IMG/VR virus record: IMGVR_UViG_3300021963_006848
Coordinates: 33,039 to 97,038 of that record
Strand: one strand, 5' to 3'
From: a virus
DNA length: 64,000 bases
Of this stretch, positions 42,350 to 52,311 are shown one piece after another. Each line of letters starts with the position of its first letter. Within the stretch, counting starts at the first letter, position 1. The position numbers and the translations under genes are program-made. Below the pieces are notes generated by a model, which was not told the DNA's origin, did not search any database, and saw nothing but the letters and a program-made list of their open reading frames with translations.

Positions 42350-44649
42350 TAGTTTAACTTAATTTTTAACTGCTTACCGTCTTTATTTACTGCATCAGTA
42401 TTTGAAACTGAGGTTAGTCCTAATATCCCATTTAATCCAATTAATGGTAAAAATGTAATTTTATATTCAGTCGTCTTATCTAATACAGTAGATCCATCTG
42501 TTATTAATGAACCTAATGTCACATAAGTACCTCTATCGGTACCGAAGTTTGTTGGGTTGCCTTTTGTATTAAACTCTACTTTTTCAAATTTTAAAGCAGT
42601 GTTGTCGTAGTTTATATTAAACTGCGTTCCAACTAACTCTTGCTGCAATGGGTCTACTGATAATGTTACAACTAACTTACCGCCTATATTTTCACCTATT
42701 AGGTACGCGTTGATTTGATTAGAAACAGTATTTACTGCTAAGCTCATACTCTTTACTGAGTTGTTCGCTATAGTACCTACGCTTTGCTGTGCTGAATGTG
42801 ATAAGTTTACATCACCTAACCAAGTTACGCTTATGTTATAGGTGTTGTTAAGGTTCCCTAACGTAAAAGGTATTAAATTACGGGTAGAGTTAAATTGAGT
42901 TCCCCAATTTGATACTGTTATCGCATCATATTCTGACTTATTGTATAACTTCATCAGATAAGTTAGTGCAGTAGATTGAGACAACGGCTGTACGCCTGTA
43001 AGATGTTGTAATAACTTATAGGTATCTGCTTCATTGAATACCCCGTTTCCGTCAACATCTGCGTTTAAGTATTGAATACCGTTTGTTAAACCTAATCCAC
43101 TTTGATTTCCAAACAATCCACCATCAGCTAATTCTTTGAATGCTAAATAAACATCTGATACACCAACTATGTTACTATATAATGTATTTAGTTCTGTTTG
43201 ATTAGAATGGGTTAATTCCATTCCATGTGGTTTATATGTTAATATAGATGAAAAAGCAAATTCAGCCTGTAATCCATAAAATCCATTTCCTGCTCTTATG
43301 TTTGATGCAAAAGATGAACCACTAAAATTGAATTGAGTTGCAGTATAAACATACACCTCTGTCCAACCATTAGGGTCATATGAATTAAACGTTACTGGTC
43401 CATTCCATAAATCAAATAATTGTAAACTACTAATTTTAGTGGGGTCTGATACTATACCATTTACTTCTCTGCTATCAATTCCAATTCTATATCGCTGGTT
43501 AGTTACATCATATTGATAAATTACACACCACTCAACTTGTCCAGAGGTTGTAGTTGCTCTAACACCACCATTTGATACTCTTACGGTATCCAATAAACTC
43601 GTCAAATCAACTTTACCCAAACCACTTAATTGTCTAGCAGTTCCGTTTACTATATTCCAAGTATTATTTGTATATGTATATCCTCTAGCTGTGAATTTTG
43701 TTTCATCCACATTACCACCAAAATCAACATTGAATGATGCTCTCAATACTTCTCCGTTTGAATGGGTTACACTATTGGTATAGAATTCAGTAAATGTTGC
43801 ATCATCAGGATTAGTCCAAGTTCCAAATTCAACAACATAAGCACAACTGAAATTATTAGGTAAATCATTCCATTGAGAACCACCACCCCATTTAGTTACT
43901 GCGTAATCTTCGTTACCACTATTGTTTGGTTCACCACCTGCCCAGTTATTATATTGTCCTTGTATGTTTCCGTTAAGTTGTCCGTTTGCTGTTTTGATTA
44001 AAGTTCCGGCTTCGGGTCCAGCATCGATTCTCCATTGTCCCTCAGCTACTTCATCGGTTAATGCAAACCATATATTAGCTTGTGGAACATTATTAAAAAT
44101 AAATTGGTCTTCTGATGAAGATGTTATTGTTACTAAATATCCTTGTTGACCTTTGAATGTTTGTTGAGCAGATAATGTTCTTGCATTTGTATAAGTTGCT
44201 CCGGTTGATATTGGTCTATAAAAATGGCCGTTCACACCATTATAAAAATAACCAACAGGATTTACAGTTGCTGCTACTGATAATTGAACATTACCAACTA
44301 CTGAACCTGTGTTTACTTTTAGATTTGCTAATGCTATATTGATATTAGCCATTGTACCTGTTACCACTAAACGAGTTTTATTACCAGGTAAGGTAAACCC
44401 ACTTGCCGGTGTTAATCCATCTAATCTATCTAAGTAGAATGTAGTTCCAGCTGATGGATTAATTAAACTGATTGAAGCAAGTAGTGTTGAAGTTGAATTA
44501 AATCCACTCAATACAAATCCACTTCCATCTTGTGCATTTGTAGATGGAGTAAAGGATTTAGAGTCTGGAGCAGATACACTCTGTCCAACCCCCAAAAATG
44601 GTGTCAATAATAACAGTAATATAACTAATAAGTTTTTCATACTATTCAA
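42349..44649 (-). CDS. exported protein with C-type lectin, dockerin-like and cohesin-like domains
   Basis: Signal GVG/Q; NGHFY, GYLVTITS..E, EG.W, W..GEPNN, WNDL; DVDGNG.FN.AD; QFNINYD...L. Confidence 0.75.
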   Translation of the reverse strand: MNSMKNLLVILLLLLTPFLGVGQSVSAPDSKSFTPSTNAQDGSGFVLSGFNSTSTLLASISLINPSAGTTFYLDRLDGLTPASGFTLPGNKTRLVVTGTMANINIALANLKVNTGSVVGNVQLSVAATVNPVGYFYNGVNGHFYRPISTGATYTNARTLSAQQTFKGQQGYLVTITSSSEDQFIFNNVPQANIWFALTDEVAEGQWRIDAGPEAGTLIKTANGQLNGNIQGQYNNWAGGEPNNSGNEDYAVTKWGGGSQWNDLPNNFSCAYVVEFGTWTNPDDATFTEFYTNSVTHSNGEVLRASFNVDFGGNVDETKFTARGYTYTNNTWNIVNGTARQLSGLGKVDLTSLLDTVRVSNGGVRATTTSGQVEWCVIYQYDVTNQRYRIGIDSREVNGIVSDPTKISSLQLFDLWNGPVTFNSYDPNGWTEVYVYTATQFNFSGSSFASNIRAGNGFYGLQAEFAFSSILTYKPHGMELTHSNQTELNTLYSNIVGVSDVYLAFKELADGGLFGNQSGLGLTNGIQYLNADVDGNGVFNEADTYKLLQHLTGVQPLSQSTALTYLMKLYNKSEYDAITVSNWGTQFNSTRNLIPFTLGNLNNTYNISVTWLGDVNLSHSAQQSVGTIANNSVKSMSLAVNTVSNQINAYLIGENIGGKLVVTLSVDPLQQELVGTQFNINYDNTALKFEKVEFNTKGNPTNFGTDRGTYVTLGSLITDGSTVLDKTTEYKITFLPLIGLNGILGLTSVSNTDAVNKDGKQLKIKLN

Positions 44650-46303
44650 TTACTAAGTCTATTTTGTTTCCTTTAGCATCTACTGCGTCAGATAATACAA
44701 AGTAGAATAATCCTGCAGTATTACTTAACTGTACTTTAGGAGTAAATACTAACTTATATGGAGTGCCTGTCTTAATTCTAGATGTTTTAACTTGGTCAAT
44801 AGAACCAAATGTTAACCTACCGTTTTTATCTGTTGAAAAGTTTGTGATAGTAGAACCTGCATCAAATATGATATTTTCTAAAGTTAATTTAGATTCATCA
44901 TAATTCATAATAACTTCTAATCCTGCTAGTTCCTCTTTTGTCAAAGTAGTTGTTAATACAACTTTTCCATTCTCTAATGTAGATGTTACGCTCAATTTTG
45001 CAGTTTCAACTGCTTTATTTTGATAAGCCATTACTATATTAGAAGATGTTGACATACTCTTAACAACTAATGCGTCTGTTTTATTTGCTGCATTTGTGTA
45101 TATACCGCTACTTATTCTACTTGCTATTACTGCCGGATCTGATGAATGTGACCAGTTCAAATCTCCACCCCATGCAAATACTGCATGAACTTCTTTTGTA
45201 GGTGAATCAATTAATACTTTATTTTTAACAACACCGTCTAACCAACTTTGATTAAGTAAACCACTATACCATCTTACCGAAGTTGATGTACTTGAAGGAA
45301 TCATAGCTGGTGTATCTACATTAACACCCATTACGTGTGCAAATAAGTAGTATGAATCATTTTCGCTGAATTCAGTTTTATTTTTTGTGATAAGACCGAC
45401 TTTCTTTTCTAAGTTCGGATAAGTAAAGAAGTTAGCAGTTCCGTTGATATCAGTCTGTGAGTGTCCTAAAAATGCCTTATAAGCATCAGATACAGTTACT
45501 ATGTTATTCATCCAGCTCTTTTGAAATGCTGGACCTACAAACACACCTACTGAATCACCTACTTTAACCTGTGTAGTAAATAAAGCCTCACCACTAGCAT
45601 CTAATGGTAATTGAGCAATAGGGGGTAATGACCAGTTTATATCTCCACTACCGTCGGTTTTTAATCTCATCAATTGAACACTATGATCAGTAATCGTATA
45701 TCCTTGTGGGAATAATACTTTTACTTTAAACTGAGAGGTATTACCTATTATACCGGTTAGAGATATATTTGTATTACTTCTAGTTACAGGGGAAATGTAC
45801 GTCCCATCAGTATTAATAGAGTATGCTAAGTCTAACTTATGAATATCGTTATATGTGTTCTGATCTTTTAATACAAACTTCTGAGTTGCTATATCACCAT
45901 CTATAGATGCATCGGTTCTCTGAATAGTCAACTGTCCAACGTTCCAGTCATTATTTACTGTATATGCCCAAGGGGTAGCTTGGTATTGTTGGTATAAGCT
46001 AGTAACAGCAACATTTGGTGCTGGAGTAAATGTGTAGTTATTCCATCCTGTATAGAATGTTTGAACGGATGTTCCTTGTGAGAATACTGTACTATTTGGC
46101 ACCATAGCCAAAGCTTTGTTATTAAACGAGTATCTCAACCAGAAATAACGAGGGGCTGTAGTACCTTTTGTTACAGTATACTTAACTGTTAAGGTATCAC
46201 CTACTTTCAGATTAGTTGTTGGACTAATAGTTTGGTTAACTGAAAGTTGTGCAAATGAGTTTAATGATGTAAATAAAGCTAGAATTACTAAAAGGTTCTT
46301 CAT
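44642..46303 (-). CDS. exported protein with cohesin-like domains, partial paralog of the 766-aa protein
   Basis: Signal SFA/Q; KVGDT.TV, VSDAY.AF, W.GD.N.SHS, GLE..MNYD.SKL. Confidence 0.65.
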   Translation of the reverse strand: MKNLLVILALFTSLNSFAQLSVNQTISPTTNLKVGDTLTVKYTVTKGTTAPRYFWLRYSFNNKALAMVPNSTVFSQGTSVQTFYTGWNNYTFTPAPNVAVTSLYQQYQATPWAYTVNNDWNVGQLTIQRTDASIDGDIATQKFVLKDQNTYNDIHKLDLAYSINTDGTYISPVTRSNTNISLTGIIGNTSQFKVKVLFPQGYTITDHSVQLMRLKTDGSGDINWSLPPIAQLPLDASGEALFTTQVKVGDSVGVFVGPAFQKSWMNNIVTVSDAYKAFLGHSQTDINGTANFFTYPNLEKKVGLITKNKTEFSENDSYYLFAHVMGVNVDTPAMIPSSTSTSVRWYSGLLNQSWLDGVVKNKVLIDSPTKEVHAVFAWGGDLNWSHSSDPAVIASRISSGIYTNAANKTDALVVKSMSTSSNIVMAYQNKAVETAKLSVTSTLENGKVVLTTTLTKEELAGLEVIMNYDESKLTLENIIFDAGSTITNFSTDKNGRLTFGSIDQVKTSRIKTGTPYKLVFTPKVQLSNTAGLFYFVLSDAVDAKGNKIDLVIE

Positions 46304-46773
46304 TATAAAAGTTGGTTTATTATTCCTTCACAAGTTTTTTTCAAAGCAGCTGAGATGTCTGAATCAGATATCTTACCTCCTTTGTCGAGAATAACAACAG
46401 ACGTAACTAATGTCTTAGCCTGTTCTTTTATAATAACGCTTTTCTTTTTCTTACCGTTTTCGTATAACGTACCCTTTGCAATGATTTCAGTGATATCGGA
46501 AGTTTTTCCGTATACTGCAATCTGTGTAGTCACTTTTTTAACATCAAAATATAGCAACTCAACTTGTAGAGTTATAGTTGCATTTGGTGCTAAATCAAAA
46601 CCTTTATCTTGAATAACTTCTTCTAGAATATTTTTTACTCCAAAAGAAAGGTCTCTGCTTCCGGCATGAGGACCCATTAAAATTTTATTTTCTACGTCTC
46701 CTACTTTAACTGCATTTTGAGCATATAAAGTACTATTGAATATCAATAGAAAACTTATTAACAAAAATTTCAT
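46303..46773 (-). CDS. exported protein, possibly CsgG/TolB-N-like fold
   Basis: Signal LYA/Q; GVKNILEE, C-terminal SAALKK helix resembling the 240-aa protein. Confidence 0.55.
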   Translation of the reverse strand: MKFLLISFLLIFNSTLYAQNAVKVGDVENKILMGPHAGSRDLSFGVKNILEEVIQDKGFDLAPNATITLQVELLYFDVKKVTTQIAVYGKTSDITEIIAKGTLYENGKKKKSVIIKEQAKTLVTSVVILDKGGKISDSDISAALKKTCEGIINQLL

Positions 46774-46873
46774 AAGTATATGTTATGTTAGCTGTTAGCA
46801 CAACGATTCTTACGAAACTTTTATTCTAGTATAAATATCGGGGATTTGTATTTACTGTATTACTTTTTACTAC

Positions 46874-47617
46874 TTATGAGTAGCAAACTACACCGTATTG
46901 TGTATAGTAGGAACAACCACCATACGTGGTTACACTGCCTATACGAGCACATACTGTTGTATTATTGAATGGGCCTAAGAAAATTTGAGTAGTAGATCCA
47001 AAACAAGGTGTATACTGTACCCATCCTCCGCAAGATCCTCCGTTTAGTTGATATAGAGAACAACCTAAAGTGGGGGCAGGATAGCTTGCTGGCGGTGCAA
47101 CAGGTGATGGTGTTGGGCTAGGAGTAACTGGGCTAGGAGTTACAGGAGCAGCTGTTGGTGCAGCTGTTGGTGACGGAGTAACTGGTGCGGCAGTAGGAGC
47201 TGCTGTTGGTGAAGCTGTAGGACTAGCTGTTGGTGAAGCTGTCGGGCTAGGAGTAACTGGGCTAGGAGTAGGAGATTCTGATGGTGGTGCAGTAGGAGCA
47301 GGAGTAACTGGTGCAGGAGTTACTGGAGCTGGTGTTACCGGTGCAGCAGTTGGTGCTGCAGTTGGTGCTGCTGTAGGAGCAGGTGTAGGTACTATAGAAT
47401 ACACAAATAAATCTTCTGTACTACATTTACCTGTACTTTTAACATATAACACGTGGTACAGAGTATCTACATCTATATAATACCCGTCTACTAACTGCTG
47501 TCTTGTTACTCCAGTTGCAATTCTATTAGGGGCTGATATAGCTGTATGATATACATCAAAAGGTCCTACTGTAGATCCTGCTGTTGTAATCTGTATTTTA
47601 AGTGTTCTTGTTGCCAT
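46874..47617 (-). CDS. Pro/Thr/Ala-repeat protein with Cys-rich C-terminus, putative virion protein
   Basis: N-terminal GPF.VYHT domain, [15 protein letters not shown] repeats, no signal peptide. Confidence 0.75.
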   Translation of the reverse strand: MATRTLKIQITTAGSTVGPFDVYHTAISAPNRIATGVTRQQLVDGYYIDVDTLYHVLYVKSTGKCSTEDLFVYSIVPTPAPTAAPTAAPTAAPVTPAPVTPAPVTPAPTAPPSESPTPSPVTPSPTASPTASPTASPTAAPTAAPVTPSPTAAPTAAPVTPSPVTPSPTPSPVAPPASYPAPTLGCSLYQLNGGSCGGWVQYTPCFGSTTQIFLGPFNNTTVCARIGSVTTYGGCSYYTQYGVVCYS

Positions 47618-47624
47618 TTAACTA

Positions 47625-48398
47625 CTATTGAATAGCTTCTATTTGACCTGATCCTGGAGCTGGTGTTTCACCTCCATAACCTATAGTTGGTGCGAATCCG
47701 CCTCCTCCTCCGCCTCCACCTCCGGTAGGTGCTGGTGCAGTTGGTGCAGGGGTTGTTGGTTCAGGTGTAACTGGACTAGGTGTTACAGGAGATGTATATG
47801 TTGTAGGTGCTGGAGTAACAGGGCTAGGTGTTACTGGTGAAGCAGTTGGTGCTGTATAAGTAGGAGATATAGTTGGTGGTGCTGCTGGCGCTGTTGTTGG
47901 TTCCGGAGTTACCGGAGCAGGAGTTACTGGTGAAGGAGTTACAGGAGCAGGAGTTACAGGAGCAGGAGTTACTGGTGAAGGAGTAACAGGAGCTGGAGTA
48001 ACTGGTGCTGCTGTTGGTTCCGGAGTTACTGGTGCTGGAGTAACTGGTGCTGGAGTAACTGGACTAGGTGTAGTTGGAGCTGCTGTTGGAGCCGCTGTAG
48101 GACTAGGTGTAGGAGCGGCAGTTGGACTTGGAGTCGGAGCTGCTGTAGGTGCAGCTGTTGGTGCTCCTGTTGGTACAGTTAAATTAGCTACTCCTGTATT
48201 ACCACATACACCATTACTAACTACATAGAAGTCGTTTGTACCATCTGGTACAGTTATATTAAATGGAGTAGTCATCTGGGTTCTTGTAAGTCCAGAGATT
48301 ACTAGATTAGACGGATTATTTGGATCAGTATGATAGAGTGAAAACGGACCTGCGTCTGTTCCTATCGATGTTCCTGTTATAGTTACTGTTATTGGCAT
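47625..48398 (-). CDS. Pro/Thr/Ala-repeat protein with paralogous N-terminal domain
   Basis: GPFSLYHT...G.TR.Q...YV.S.G.C, ~150 aa of repeats, poly-Gly. Confidence 0.75.
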   Translation of the reverse strand: MPITVTITGTSIGTDAGPFSLYHTDPNNPSNLVISGLTRTQMTTPFNITVPDGTNDFYVVSNGVCGNTGVANLTVPTGAPTAAPTAAPTPSPTAAPTPSPTAAPTAAPTTPSPVTPAPVTPAPVTPEPTAAPVTPAPVTPSPVTPAPVTPAPVTPSPVTPAPVTPEPTTAPAAPPTISPTYTAPTASPVTPSPVTPAPTTYTSPVTPSPVTPEPTTPAPTAPAPTGGGGGGGGGFAPTIGYGGETPAPGSGQIEAIQ

Positions 48399-48441
48399 CT
48401 TTCTTTATTTAATATAACGATTTCTAATAAATAGTCAAACT

Positions 48442-48657
48442 TTAAATTGCTGAAAGTATCTCAGCTTTTTTAGCTATGTATTCCTCTTCTGTTGCAGTTA
48501 TGAAAGGTCCTTGTGCTAATACATTATCGTATAATGTAGAATTACCTCCATCATGTCTGATTAACATCTGACCTTCTTTGACTAAACATACTGTCAAGCT
48601 TTTTGTTTCGTCGTCTAATTTTATTACTCTATCTGAGTCTTTCAAGTATTGTATCAT
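48442..48657 (-). CDS. hypothetical protein
   Basis: 71-aa ORF between the repeat genes. Confidence 0.65.
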   Translation of the reverse strand: MIQYLKDSDRVIKLDDETKSLTVCLVKEGQMLIRHDGGNSTLYDNVLAQGPFITATEEEYIAKKAEILSAI

Positions 48658-48670
48658 AGTTTAATTTATT

Positions 48671-51298
48671 TTAAGGTTGTGGCACATCCCCACAATTTAT
48701 ACAGAAGTAATCACATGGTTCAAATTGTGCTTGACATCCGAATCCACAATCACAACTGTAAGTGCCTCCTGTTGGAGGTGGTATGTAGATTGGAGCTGCT
48801 TGTGGTGCTGGGGTATTTCCACAGAAGGCCATACATTCTGCATAAGAAGTAAATTCTCCTGCTCCTGGATTAGAATAACAATCTCCTGCTCCGTTACATG
48901 TCCAGTCGTAAGTTACTACTGGAGCAGCTGTTGGACTTGCTGTTGGACTTGCTGTTGGTTGAGCTGTAGGAGCTGGATAAGGAGCTGGTGTTACCGGGGC
49001 TGCTGTTGGACTTGCTGTAGGTGCAGGAGTTACCGGTGCTGCTGTTGGACTTGCTGTAGGTGCAGGAGTTACCGGTGCTGCTGTTGGTGCGCTAGTTGGA
49101 CTAGGGGTAACAGGAGCAGCAGTTGGTTCTGCAGTCGGACTAGGGGTAACAGGAGCTGCTGTTGGTGCACTAGTTGGGCTAGCAGTGACAGGAGCTGGAT
49201 ATACCGGACTAGGTGTAGTTGGTGCTGCTGTTGGAGCTGCTGTAGGACTAGCCGTAGGTGACGGAGTCACAGGAGCGGCAGTTGGAGCTGCTGTAGGTTC
49301 TGCAGTTGGTGACGGAGTCACAGGAGCGGCAGTTGGAGCTGCTGTAGGACTAGCAGTGACAGGAGCTGGATACACCGGACTAGGTGTAGTTGGTGCTGGT
49401 GTAACTGGTGCACTGGTTGGTGCGGCTGTTGGACTAGGTGTAATTGCTATACAGTATTGACTACATTCTTCTAAGGTACTATATACTCCAATTCCTGGTC
49501 CCATATACGTACATTGACCATCTACGCAATCCCAATCAAGTGATGCTGCAAAAGGAGCGGCTGTTGGACTAGCAGTTGGTGCTGCGGTTGGTTCAGCTGT
49601 AGGTGCCGGTGTTACTTCAGTAGGTGCTGGTGTTGTAGGAGATGGTGTTACTGGTGCAGGGGTACTAACTGGTGCTGGGTATCCAGGAGCTGGTGTTACT
49701 GGAGCTGGTGTTACTGGAGCTGCTGTTGGTCCTGGTGTTGGTGCAGGAGTTGGACTAGCAGTTACAGGAGCTGCTGTTGGTTCAGCAGTAGGACTTGGTG
49801 TCGATACTGGTGCTGGATAACCTGGAGCTGGTGTTACTGGTGATGGTGTAGTAGGAGATGGTGTTACTTCAGTAGGTGCTGGTGTTACTGGTGAAGCGTA
49901 CGAAGGACTAGTTACTGGAGCCGATACTGGGCTAGGAGTAACTGGTGACGGTGTTACTGGTGCAGGAGTAGTTTCTGATGGTGCTGAAGTTGGTGCTGCT
50001 GTCGGTGCTGCATAAGCAGGACTGGATACAGGAGCTGATACCGGGCTTGGTGTTACAGGGGCTGCTGTAGGAGCTGGTGTTGGACTTGGAGTTGTTAAAC
50101 ATCCGCCATTAGTAGTACAAGTACCACCTTGTTCAAATATGTAAGCTCCGCCTGTTACTTCTACTCCTCCTTGAATAAAGACTGGTATATTATATGGAGA
50201 AGTTAAGCTTACGCAAATTCCAGCAGTATACGTACCGTCTCCATTATTTATAGTTTCTAAACTATTGATTAACTGATCTGTTACTATATCATCATAAGAT
50301 GTTCTATATCTTACGTATAAGTCATTAGGTACAGAGCTATAAGTTATTGTAAAGCAATTACCTGTAGGTAATACTGGAGCTGGTGTTGGACTAGCAGTTG
50401 GTGCTGCGGTTGGTTCAGCTGTAGGTGACGGAGTCACAGGAGCTGGTGTTACTGGAGCTGGTGTTACTGGAGCTGGAGTAACTGGAGCATTAGTTGGTGC
50501 TGCTGTAGGTTCTGCAGTTGGTGACGGAGTCACAGGAGCTGGAGTTACCGGTGCGGCAGTAGGTTCAGCAGTTGGTGACGGAGTCACAGGAGCTGCTGTT
50601 GGAGCATTAGTCGGTGCTGGTGTTGGACTAGGAGTAGGAGCCGGTGTTGGACTAGGTGTTGGTGCAGCGGTAGGAGCGCTAGTTGGTGCTGGTGTTGGGG
50701 CAGGGGTGTTTAAGAGAGCAATAAACTTAATATCACATTCTGCACCTGTTATATCTAAAGTACAATCTCTTTCAAATACAGCATATAGAGTATTAATACT
50801 ACTACTATAAGGTACGTTAATTAAATGGTTGGTTGAATAAGTAGGAAAGTTAATATCAAATGCAGCGGCTCCTTGAGGGCGTGCTGAGTTCCATTTTCTA
50901 CCTGTTACCCATTTCTTAAGTACAAAGCCTGCTGATCCGGTAGCTAAATAACTAGCAGATGGATAAGGTTCATACATAAAAACTTTATTAGATCCAGAAA
51001 TACCACCTTCGTACTGTTGTGCATACGAAGAAGTAAGTGCCGGACCTACTAATCTAACAGCTCCTGTTGGGAACATTACTGCAGATCCATCTGTGTCTGA
51101 ACCTGTTACAAATGCATTGAAGTAGAAGCCCCATTTACCGCGAAAATAATCCATATCATCTTCGACTGTATAAAAGCCTTGTCTAGCTGGCCAGACATGT
51201 GAATGCAGACCCTGTAAATCATTCTCAACAAGAAAATCATTTAAGTGATCGTCAACATTTATTCCACTACCGGTATTGGGGAACTGATAACTTGGCAT
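48671..51298 (-). CDS. large Pro/Thr/Ala-repeat (mucin/extensin-like) protein with Cys-rich modules
   Basis: 875 aa; three repeat tracts separated by Cys domains; no signal peptide. Confidence 0.8.
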   Translation of the reverse strand: MPSYQFPNTGSGINVDDHLNDFLVENDLQGLHSHVWPARQGFYTVEDDMDYFRGKWGFYFNAFVTGSDTDGSAVMFPTGAVRLVGPALTSSYAQQYEGGISGSNKVFMYEPYPSASYLATGSAGFVLKKWVTGRKWNSARPQGAAAFDINFPTYSTNHLINVPYSSSINTLYAVFERDCTLDITGAECDIKFIALLNTPAPTPAPTSAPTAAPTPSPTPAPTPSPTPAPTNAPTAAPVTPSPTAEPTAAPVTPAPVTPSPTAEPTAAPTNAPVTPAPVTPAPVTPAPVTPSPTAEPTAAPTASPTPAPVLPTGNCFTITYSSVPNDLYVRYRTSYDDIVTDQLINSLETINNGDGTYTAGICVSLTSPYNIPVFIQGGVEVTGGAYIFEQGGTCTTNGGCLTTPSPTPAPTAAPVTPSPVSAPVSSPAYAAPTAAPTSAPSETTPAPVTPSPVTPSPVSAPVTSPSYASPVTPAPTEVTPSPTTPSPVTPAPGYPAPVSTPSPTAEPTAAPVTASPTPAPTPGPTAAPVTPAPVTPAPGYPAPVSTPAPVTPSPTTPAPTEVTPAPTAEPTAAPTASPTAAPFAASLDWDCVDGQCTYMGPGIGVYSTLEECSQYCIAITPSPTAAPTSAPVTPAPTTPSPVYPAPVTASPTAAPTAAPVTPSPTAEPTAAPTAAPVTPSPTASPTAAPTAAPTTPSPVYPAPVTASPTSAPTAAPVTPSPTAEPTAAPVTPSPTSAPTAAPVTPAPTASPTAAPVTPAPTASPTAAPVTPAPYPAPTAQPTASPTASPTAAPVVTYDWTCNGAGDCYSNPGAGEFTSYAECMAFCGNTPAPQAAPIYIPPPTGGTYSCDCGFGCQAQFEPCDYFCINCGDVPQP
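48915..50710. repeat. coding tandem repeats of 12-15 nt units with higher-order duplications
   Basis: e.g. near-identical ~49-nt blocks at 49179 and 49350 (171 nt, 57 codons apart); GGTGACGGAGTCACAGGAGC recurs. Confidence 0.85.
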
Positions 51299-51335
51299 CT
51301 ACCTATACTAATTAATTATATTTTATAAATAGCAA

Positions 51336-52307
51336 TTAAGACTCTATTTTACTTGCTATCCATTTATAAGTTTCAGTTAAACCTATATGTAGAGGTTGAG
51401 ATGGTGCCCAACCTAACTTCTCTTTAATCAAAGTGTTGTCTGATGTTCTACCCCTCACTCCTTGTGGACCTGGTATGTTCTTAATTTCAATATTCTTATT
51501 TGCTAGACTAGCTACTAACTTAGCTAACCCGTTCATTGAGATAATCTCTTCTGATCCTATATTGATAGGTTCTTTATAGTCCGAATTCATCAATCGTCGA
51601 ACACCTTCTACAGCTTCATCTATATAAAGGAACGAGCGGGTTTGTAAACCATCACCCCACACTTCGATTTGACCATTTGTAGGAGTTTTAGCAACTTTAC
51701 GACATATTGCTGCTGGTGCTTTCTCTTTTCCTCCGTCAAATGTACCTTCTGGTCCAAATATATTATGGAAGCGAGCGATTCGTATATCTATACCGTAATT
51801 TCGGTTATAAGTTGCGTATAAACGTTCAGAAAATAGCTTTTCCCATCCATACTCTGAATCAGGTTGTGCTGGATAAACTGAATCTTCTTTACAGTTCGGA
51901 TTTTCAGGGTCTAACTGGTTATGCTCGTTATAAACACAAGCAGATGATGCATAGAATATCTTTCTAACGTTTTTCTTTTGTGCTTCGTTTAAAACGTTCA
52001 GATTTATTAACATAGAGTTGTGAACTACATCTGCATCATGATCTCCGGTGTTAATATAGCCTGCTCCTCCCATATCTGCTGCTAATTGGTAAACCTCATC
52101 AAAGGGTTCTTGGAAAGGTGCGTACATTATAACCGATGTCTTCAAAGGATCTCGCAAATCAGCAATAACAAAGTCATCTGCTGTTGAATCTGAGAAGTCT
52201 GGGTATTTAATATCTACTCCTCTCACCCAGTATCCTTCTGATTTTAATCTTGTAACTAAATGTGAACCGATAAAACCACCGGCACCTAATACTAATGCTG
52301 TTTTCAT
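51336..52307 (-). CDS. GDP-mannose 3,5-epimerase-like SDR
   Basis: GAGGFIG, LAADMGG.G, SSACVY, YGWEK, RFHNIFGP.G...GGKEKAPAA.CRK, WGDG.QTRSF. Confidence 0.88.
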   Translation of the reverse strand: MKTALVLGAGGFIGSHLVTRLKSEGYWVRGVDIKYPDFSDSTADDFVIADLRDPLKTSVIMYAPFQEPFDEVYQLAADMGGAGYINTGDHDADVVHNSMLINLNVLNEAQKKNVRKIFYASSACVYNEHNQLDPENPNCKEDSVYPAQPDSEYGWEKLFSERLYATYNRNYGIDIRIARFHNIFGPEGTFDGGKEKAPAAICRKVAKTPTNGQIEVWGDGLQTRSFLYIDEAVEGVRRLMNSDYKEPINIGSEEIISMNGLAKLVASLANKNIEIKNIPGPQGVRGRTSDNTLIKEKLGWAPSQPLHIGLTETYKWIASKIES

Positions 52308-52311
52308 TTTA

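Noticed and set aside
46874-51298. Repeat tracts as a CRISPR array or non-coding satellite
   Set aside because: The units are in-frame codon repeats with synonymous variation and no unique spacers
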